From the NCBI GenBank assembly GCA_051251855.1, contig JBPOGI010000005.1, forward strand, positions 160,001 to 224,000: a stretch of DNA of 64,000 bases. Reading direction: 5' to 3'. Origin of the DNA: Roseibacillus sp. (GTDB lineage: Bacteria; Verrucomicrobiota; Verrucomicrobiia; Verrucomicrobiales; Akkermansiaceae). Shown here piece by piece: positions 57,841 to 64,000 of this stretch (position 1 is the stretch's first letter; each line of letters starts with the position of its first letter). The translations under genes and the position numbers were made by a program. The notes under the pieces were generated by a model, which was given only the letters and a program-made list of their open reading frames with translations, did no database searches and was not told the DNA's origin.

Positions 57841-57995
57841 TAACTTTGAGTCAGATAGGGTGGTTTGATTGGCAAGGGGCGGCCGTGGTTTTGGCTGTTT
57901 CGGGAGCACTTTGCTATTTGGTTAGTCGAAACCGCCGTAAGAAGGCGAAGTCTTGTGGAAGTAGCTCCTGTAGTTGTGTCAAAAAGAAGGCGTAA
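57837..57995 (+). CDS. FeoB-associated Cys-rich membrane peptide
   Basis: ATGA overlap with the feoB stop; TM segment then KSCGSSSCSC. Confidence 0.8.
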   Translation: MITLSQIGWFDWQGAAVVLAVSGALCYLVSRNRRKKAKSCGSSSCSCVKKKA

Positions 57996-58100
57996 TCATC
58001 GCCTTGTAAATACAACTGTTAGACGACAGCATGATGTCTTATGAAGGAGTGAGGCGGAGACGGTTCTTCTGATTAACGATGTAGATGGGAGAGCCGCTGT

Positions 58101-58208
58101 AAAAAAAAGCGGCCGGCAGCGCCCAAGAGCAACTGCCGACCGGCTACGCACACACCAAGTGATTATTGAGGAAGCTGCTAGGGCTTTGAAAAAGCTAAAA
58201 ACCTCCGA
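58101..58208 (-). ncRNA. Candidate small RNA (about 108 nt)
   Basis: Orphan GC-rich terminator with T8 (58101-58145); upstream ATGACA-N18-TAGATT; no ORF between them. Confidence 0.5.
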
Positions 58209-58468
58209 GATCTGAATCTAATACGGGAAGAGGCACATTGTCATTACAGAAAAAAGGTGAGATGCCTCATTTTTTATGGTTTTCCCGGATGGATGCTGCA
58301 AAAAAGAGCTCTAACGAAGCTGCAGGTGCCCAACTTTGAGCTCACTCTTGTGAATAAGATTCGAGTGCTAAAGGAGCGCACGACATTCGTAAGTGAGAGG
58401 TCGATTCTACTTTCTTTCCGTCTTTCCCATTGCTGAAAGGAGCTTCAAAGGGTAGGCATTGTGAAGTT

Positions 58469-60790
58469 ATGAAGAATACGACTTTTTGTCAGATATTTAC
58501 CGTTGGAGCCTTATCTTTGGGAGGCTTTTCCCAGTCTCTGCTTGCGGACGGACCCACTGATTTAGAAGCTCTGGCCGAGAAGGCTAAGCAGGCGGCTGGA
58601 GATGCTGTGGAGGCTACTGAAAAGGCCAAGCAGGCAATGGAAGGAGCTGAGACGGCGGTAGAAGAGGCTGTTGAAAGTGGTGCGGAGGTCGTGAAAGAGG
58701 TCGCTGGCGAGGCTGCAAAAGAGTTGGTTGATCCAGCCGAGAGAGCGGAGAAGCTGGGCTTGTTATCGAACCTGAGCAAAGACGTCGCAGCGGTGACAAC
58801 CTTGAATAACGGGAAGCGTGTTTGGGGAGAGGTTACAGAGTCAAAAATTGGAGGGATTCTTCTGGAGACCTTGGCTGAGAATGATGTTGATTTGAAAGAT
58901 CCCGAGAGCCCCGCAGCACAAGTGGGAGCCTTGTTCCAAGAGGAGTTTCTCATCGCAACAGGAAAGGGAACGCCCAAGCAATTCGACAACCTGATCGCGC
59001 TCAGTGGCCTAAGTGATAAGTATCAGACTGCGCTCATGGTCCGCTTGTGGACGATGGGGATGAATGATGAAGAGGCTGTTTTTGATGCGAACCCTTTCGG
59101 TTCTCTTGTGGAGGCAATCAGCGACAATCCTGATTTTTTGGTGAATTTGATTTCGGCGGCTGAAATGCCTCCCATCTTGTTGGCGGCTCGTGTCTCGGAT
59201 GATGAGCAGCGTGACGAGTTTGCGGCTGGTTTGGAAATGGGAGCGGGAATGGCGCTGCAGATGGGGGCGGAGGAGATGCCCTTCTTAAAGAGTGCCGAGG
59301 CCGAAGTCGCGGGAGTGGCCTTCAATGGTCTTTCTGTAGACGGTGCGTTGCTGGTTGAGGCGTTGGAGGAGGAAATGGGTTTGGCGGGGATGCTGGAAAA
59401 TTTCTTGGATCCTGCTAGCGCCAAAGACTTGGTGAAATCACTTTCGGAGAAAAGCCTCGTCCTTCTTGCGGGAGTTTCTGATGAGGCTGTCTATTTGTAT
59501 CTCGGAACAAATGCTGAAGGGATTCCTCTGGTTGATGATGCCGCTGAAGGGTTGGCTTCGTCAGCTCACTTTGAGTTCGCTGATCCTTACTTGGACGAGA
59601 ACTTAGTGAGCCTCTTTTGGATGGAAGAGGAGATGGTTCAAGTGGGGGCAACCGCGCAGGGGATTTTCGGTAACTATATCGAAGGCATTCGTCTTGGTCT
59701 GCAGGGCAATAATGCCGTTGGCGATACTAAGAATCTGAAAGCCTTATTGGAGAAGTTAGAAAAGTTAGAGAAGGGTTACCTCGCAACAGGTCAGAGCCAG
59801 ACGGCATCTGCGGTTTCATTTTTGAGAGCTGACGGTCTCTATACCGAGGGATTCGGGGGCTACCTTGATGGGGTCTATGACTATGAGACGCCTCATCAAA
59901 TGGGAACAGCGGCAGGGGATACCTTCCTGACCATTCAGAGCGTAATGGACCCTGAGGTGAATGAACTGAGCACTAAGTATATCGAGACTGCAATGGAGAC
60001 GGTCTATGAGATGGCCTCCTTGGTTGCCGAGATGGAAGATGTGCCTGCGGACTTTGAGAAGTTTTTGGACGGATTTCAGATGTTCGATACTAAGATGAAG
60101 GAAGATGCGCTTGCGCTTTGGCAAGGACTAGAGGCATCGGGAGCAGGGTTGGGTAACGAGTTCATCTACGAGGTCGATTTGGCGGGTAGCTGGCCTACCG
60201 TCCCAGGAGTTCCCGAGCAGATTATCGAGAAGGGTCTCGCCCCTCGATTGAGCTATGTGATGCCCGTGACGGATCGGGCGGAGTTGGCGACTTCTTGGAA
60301 AGAATTGGAGGGTGCCGCGACGAAAATTCTGAAAACGGTGAGCGAAATGGTTGGGGAAGAAATCCCCATGCAAAAGCCGATGAGTTCTCAGAACGATGGC
60401 TTGAAAACTTGGTTCTTTGCGATTCCTACCATGACCGATGACTTCATTCCTTCCATTACCCTCGATGATGAGGTCATGGTGATGGGGACGTCAAAGGAGC
60501 GCGCGGTGGAGTTAGCTCAGTCAGCTAAACAAGAAGGAGCGGGAATCTCTGGTGTGGTAGTCGAAATGAACTTCGAGCCTTTGCAGACGTTTCTTTCCGG
60601 CTGGTTGGCTTTGGTGGAAGAAAATCCTGAGGAGATTCTCACTGATGAAGATGCCCTCGACTTTTTCGAAGAGAATCAGGAGCTCTTGAAGGAGGTTGTG
60701 GAGGCAATGGAAGAATTTGATTCCGTTCGCACTCACACTCGCCTTGAGAATGGAGTCTTGAGGTCGAGCTCCCACCTCAAGACGAAGTAG
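58469..60790 (+). CDS. Large acidic secreted hypothetical protein
   Basis: Start MKNTTF; signal peptide; EKAKQA repeats; no recognisable catalytic motif. Confidence 0.8.
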   Translation: MKNTTFCQIFTVGALSLGGFSQSLLADGPTDLEALAEKAKQAAGDAVEATEKAKQAMEGAETAVEEAVESGAEVVKEVAGEAAKELVDPAERAEKLGLLSNLSKDVAAVTTLNNGKRVWGEVTESKIGGILLETLAENDVDLKDPESPAAQVGALFQEEFLIATGKGTPKQFDNLIALSGLSDKYQTALMVRLWTMGMNDEEAVFDANPFGSLVEAISDNPDFLVNLISAAEMPPILLAARVSDDEQRDEFAAGLEMGAGMALQMGAEEMPFLKSAEAEVAGVAFNGLSVDGALLVEALEEEMGLAGMLENFLDPASAKDLVKSLSEKSLVLLAGVSDEAVYLYLGTNAEGIPLVDDAAEGLASSAHFEFADPYLDENLVSLFWMEEEMVQVGATAQGIFGNYIEGIRLGLQGNNAVGDTKNLKALLEKLEKLEKGYLATGQSQTASAVSFLRADGLYTEGFGGYLDGVYDYETPHQMGTAAGDTFLTIQSVMDPEVNELSTKYIETAMETVYEMASLVAEMEDVPADFEKFLDGFQMFDTKMKEDALALWQGLEASGAGLGNEFIYEVDLAGSWPTVPGVPEQIIEKGLAPRLSYVMPVTDRAELATSWKELEGAATKILKTVSEMVGEEIPMQKPMSSQNDGLKTWFFAIPTMTDDFIPSITLDDEVMVMGTSKERAVELAQSAKQEGAGISGVVVEMNFEPLQTFLSGWLALVEENPEEILTDEDALDFFEENQELLKEVVEAMEEFDSVRTHTRLENGVLRSSSHLKTK

Positions 60791-60814
60791 AGTCTCTAAT
60801 ACAGAGATTTCCTC

Positions 60815-60842
60815 AAAAGCCGGGCCTCAGGGTCCGGCTTTT
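60815..60842. terminator. Bidirectional intrinsic terminator
   Basis: AAAAGCCGGGCC-TCAG-GGTCCGGCTTTT between convergent genes. Confidence 0.85.
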
Positions 60843-60862
60843 CTTGTTCGCCTTCGTGGAGG

Positions 60863-61504
60863 CTAAGAGGAGTGTCCTAAGTATTTAACGACTGCTTCGG
60901 TGCGAGTGCGGACGTGCAGTTTGGCATAAATATTACGGAGATGGGTGCGGACCGTTTCGACACCAATTCCAAGTTCGGTTGCAATCTCTTTGTAAAGTGA
61001 GCCTTTGACGAGTTGCTCAAGAATTTGCATCTCGCGCGGAGTCAGGTCATGGTCGCCAAGATTTGCGTCAGGTGACTTTTGGAAGTGTTGAACGACCTTG
61101 CGAGCGATGGCACTCGACATGGGCGAGCCGCCGACATGGAGGTCGTCGAGGGATTCTAACAGCTTCTCTGGAACATCGCGCTTCAGGAGGTAGCCAGACG
61201 CTCCTGCTGCGAGGGCGTCGAAAATGCGGTCGTTGTTGTCGTAGACGGTGACCATGAGGACTTGGGTGTTGGGGCAGGCGATTTTTAATTTGGCGACACA
61301 TTCAATGCCGGAAATCCCTGGAAGTTGGATATCCATCAGAACGACTTCGGGAGGCTCGTTGACAAGGGACTCCAGCGCTTCTTCGGCTGAGGCGAAGACG
61401 GCGGTGAGCTGCCACTTCGAGGAACTGATAATCATTTTGGAGAGTGTTTCTCGGAGTGAAGGGTCGTCTTCGACGAGGGCAAGTGAGAAGGGGTGAGGAG
61501 TCAT
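60863..61504 (-). CDS. NarL/LuxR-family response regulator
   Basis: Start MTPHP; VEDD, MDIQLP, GYLLK, LTPRE...LYKEIA...IYAKLHV. Confidence 0.93.
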   Translation of the reverse strand: MTPHPFSLALVEDDPSLRETLSKMIISSSKWQLTAVFASAEEALESLVNEPPEVVLMDIQLPGISGIECVAKLKIACPNTQVLMVTVYDNNDRIFDALAAGASGYLLKRDVPEKLLESLDDLHVGGSPMSSAIARKVVQHFQKSPDANLGDHDLTPREMQILEQLVKGSLYKEIATELGIGVETVRTHLRNIYAKLHVRTRTEAVVKYLGHSS

Positions 61505-63222
61505 GAGTTCATTGGCGTGGTGTGTTCGGAGAGAGGGCAGATGAAGTCGATAGTGGTCCCTTCTCCAAGGGTGGAGGTGATGGTGCATGTGCCCCCAATA
61601 TCCTCGAGGCGCTGCTGGAGGTTGGAAAGCCCGTGACGAGGGCTTTTAGGATCAGGTTTGAAACCGCAGCCGGTGTCATTGATTCGAATGAGGAGGCGTT
61701 CGTCCTCGGTTTTCAAGGAGAGGGTGACTTCCGATTGGCCGGCGTGACGAAGGACATTGTGAAGGGCTTCTTTCACCGCGAGCGCCAGTTGATAACGGAA
61801 GTCTGAGCCGAGGGGGAGAGGGGGGACTTGGGCCGGGATGTCGAGTCGGTAACGGATGGAGCTTTCGCGAAAAATTTCCTCAGCCATGCGCGTGAGGTGA
61901 GAGGCGAAGTGGTCGAGGTTGTCGTAGGCAGGATCGACGGCCCAGACGAGGTCGTCCATGGCGACGATCATCTCGCGACTCGAGGACTTCATGAGGGTGA
62001 GTAATCGGCGCGTGTTTTCGGGCTCTTGATCCAAGTCTTGGAGCGCCATGGCTCCGTTGAGGCTGAGGACGCTCATGCGGGTGCCAAGGTCGTCGTGCAT
62101 ATCGCGGGCGATGCGAGCCCGGTCGCGTTCGAGATCATTTTGAAAGCGTTGTTCGCGTAGACGTCGGTTCTCTCGGCGGCGGGCGTTGAGGATGATGCCA
62201 CCGGCAAGAAGGGCGACACAACTGGTGGCGATTAAGGGCAGGAACCAAGGGCGCTCCCAAAACGGTGGCGTGATGCGAATCGCAAGCTCGAGACTCGCAG
62301 TGGCAGGGGTGCCGTCGTTTGTCATTCCGATCGCATGGAAGGTGTAGTCTCCCGGAGGGACATTGAGGTATGAGGCTCGATGGACGCTTCCCCCAACGAC
62401 GTTGTAAGTTTCCTGCCAAGAGATGACTACGGTGCGGCCGGCGAAAATATTGGCGTCGAACGGCCGTAGCGACGCCCATGCCGCTTTGAGCTCCTTGTTC
62501 TGATCGATGAGAGTGAGAGTGGTCTGATCAGAGGTTCTGGTGAGGCGTGCGATGCTGGGGTCGGAACCGATGCGACTCCATCGGTGTGGAGTGCCCTCAG
62601 GAGTGTGGAGGTCTTTGCCCCTGGCGAAATCGCCGTCTGACCAAAGGATGGGGAAGTCGGTCTTTGGGAGCGTGATATGGAGTTCCTTGATGGCGAAAGT
62701 ACCGGTGGCATCTGGCGAGCCAGAGTTCATTTCTAAGTAGAGGGAGCGCCCTTCTTTAGGAATGAAGAAGGGTTCGGAGTGTGAGGTGAATTTTGATTCC
62801 GCAAGAGTGTGGTTCCAGCCTTCACTTTTTCCGTTGGCATCAAATTTCACCTCGGAGATGACTTCGTTGTTTCGGTCTCGGACCTGGCATTTCAAGGCCA
62901 TCCCATTGGTGCTGGTGAGCCATTTGACATCTTTCCCTTCCAAGCGGTAGCGCAGTTGAGTGAGATCGGGAGCCTCGCAGTCAGGATAAGAGAAGTCGAA
63001 ATCGAAGCGATGGCGTCCGGGTCCAATGACAAGCGGGCGAGAGTTGTCAGGTGATAAGGTGACGACAGTCTGATTCACCTGTATCCGTTCGAGAAGGAGG
63101 GAGGGGTCCTGACGGCTAGCACCGTCGAAAGGGCGGCTTACCCTGAGAGGAGAAGGCTTCTCTTGCCCGGAGGAGGCTCCGCCTGTCACCAGAAGAATGA
63201 ATAGAAGAAGACTGCGGCGCAC
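61501..63222 (-). CDS. Sensor histidine kinase (HisKA_3) with an interrupted Y_Y_Y domain
   Basis: RIARDMHDDLG, EALHNVLRHA, DTGCGF, GL.N...R, G.GT; signal peptide, YRLEG...W, PPGDYTF, PPFWERPWF TM. Confidence 0.92.
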   Translation of the reverse strand: MRRSLLLFILLVTGGASSGQEKPSPLRVSRPFDGASRQDPSLLLERIQVNQTVVTLSPDNSRPLVIGPGRHRFDFDFSYPDCEAPDLTQLRYRLEGKDVKWLTSTNGMALKCQVRDRNNEVISEVKFDANGKSEGWNHTLAESKFTSHSEPFFIPKEGRSLYLEMNSGSPDATGTFAIKELHITLPKTDFPILWSDGDFARGKDLHTPEGTPHRWSRIGSDPSIARLTRTSDQTTLTLIDQNKELKAAWASLRPFDANIFAGRTVVISWQETYNVVGGSVHRASYLNVPPGDYTFHAIGMTNDGTPATASLELAIRITPPFWERPWFLPLIATSCVALLAGGIILNARRRENRRLREQRFQNDLERDRARIARDMHDDLGTRMSVLSLNGAMALQDLDQEPENTRRLLTLMKSSSREMIVAMDDLVWAVDPAYDNLDHFASHLTRMAEEIFRESSIRYRLDIPAQVPPLPLGSDFRYQLALAVKEALHNVLRHAGQSEVTLSLKTEDERLLIRINDTGCGFKPDPKSPRHGLSNLQQRLEDIGGTCTITSTLGEGTTIDFICPLSEHTTPMNS

Positions 63223-63348
63223 GGCCTCAATTGAAGCAGAGTGCTTCTAACAATGCGAGAATGAGAATCATGAAGAGTTTTCCCCTTTTTAATTTCGAGG
63301 GAAGAGCTGTATACACGGTATCTCGTTGGCTGTTTTCCCTCGTGAATT

Positions 63349-64000
63349 ATGAAATTTTTTACCTTGTTTGTTGGTGCGGTTCTTCTTTTTTGGCTGGCGC
63401 CATTACAGGCTGATGAGGAGCGTCCTCGAGTGGTTTGTTTTGGGGATAGTATTACCAATCGTGGCTATTTTGAGTTATTGAGTCCTTTGGTGGGTGCTGA
63501 GACGGTGAACGCGGGGGTGGCAGGGCACAATTCTCGCCAAGGTTTACATCGCATTGAGAAGGATGTCCTCGCTAAGGAACCTGACCTCGTGGTGGTCTTT
63601 TTTGGGACGAATGATTTGAGGGTCGATAGCGAGCGAGCCCATGTTCCAGTATTGAAATATAGTGAGAACCTGAAAGAGATGATTACTCGCATTCGCGGGG
63701 TCAATGCCAAGGTCGTCCTCTGCACGTTACCTCCGATTGCGGAAGAGGTTTATTTCGGAAGACATGATGTGGCGGTCTACGAGGCAAAGGGTGGTCTTGA
63801 TTCTCTGGTCCAAAGCTATCGCAAGGCGGCTATCGAGGTGGCGAAGGAGAACGAGGTGCCGTTGGTGGATCTTAATCAACTTCTTGCGGCCACTCCAGAG
63901 TGGCTCAGTAAGGACGGAGTGCATCCCAGTAAAGCGGGCAATGCTCTCATTGCAGAGCATGTCGCCAAGGTTGTGGGTCCTCTTTTAAACAAAGAGGCCT
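63349..64000 (+). CDS. SGNH/GDSL hydrolase (runs off window end)
   Basis: Hand translation: MKFFTL...VCFGDSIT, NAGVAG, FGTND, DGVHP. Confidence 0.9.
   Translation, partial: MKFFTLFVGAVLLFWLAPLQADEERPRVVCFGDSITNRGYFELLSPLVGAETVNAGVAGHNSRQGLHRIEKDVLAKEPDLVVVFFGTNDLRVDSERAHVPVLKYSENLKEMITRIRGVNAKVVLCTLPPIAEEVYFGRHDVAVYEAKGGLDSLVQSYRKAAIEVAKENEVPLVDLNQLLAATPEWLSKDGVHPSKAGNALIAEHVAKVVGPLLNKEA

Overview
A 64-kb chromosomal window from a PVC-superphylum bacterium, probably a Verrucomicrobium/Roseibacillus-like organism. This is inferred from the PEP-CTERM protein, sulfatase, ExbBDD-TPR cluster and PocR-AraC regulator. I found no rRNA, tRNA, CRISPR array, transposase, integrase or prophage. Contents in order: a cbb3-oxidase maturation cluster (ccoG, 49-aa membrane ORF, DsbD_2-like, ccoI) followed by a voltage-gated channel with a TLEDWTD filter and a PocR-AraC regulator; MarR/redoxin; tadA; crtI-like desaturase; a tandem pair of PBP2-like paralogues; miscellaneous genes (GH75-like, PEP-CTERM, uppP, hisF, a sigma54-preceded porin); a usp-mrpA'CDEFG / CNNM / eRF1-like (Balon-like) / winged-HTH block whose two divergent promoter regions share a 20-bp palindromic motif; a putative sugar-acid catabolic cluster; sulfatase; ptsI; exbB-exbD-exbD-TPR-TPR; feoAB plus a Cys-rich peptide; an orphan terminator suggesting an sRNA; a two-component system; and a partial SGNH hydrolase. 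The best candidate for an undescribed system is the putative regulon linking a GGQ-less release-factor homologue to Na+/H+ antiport, a CNNM transporter and a Usp. All calls come from reading motifs by eye; no searches were run.
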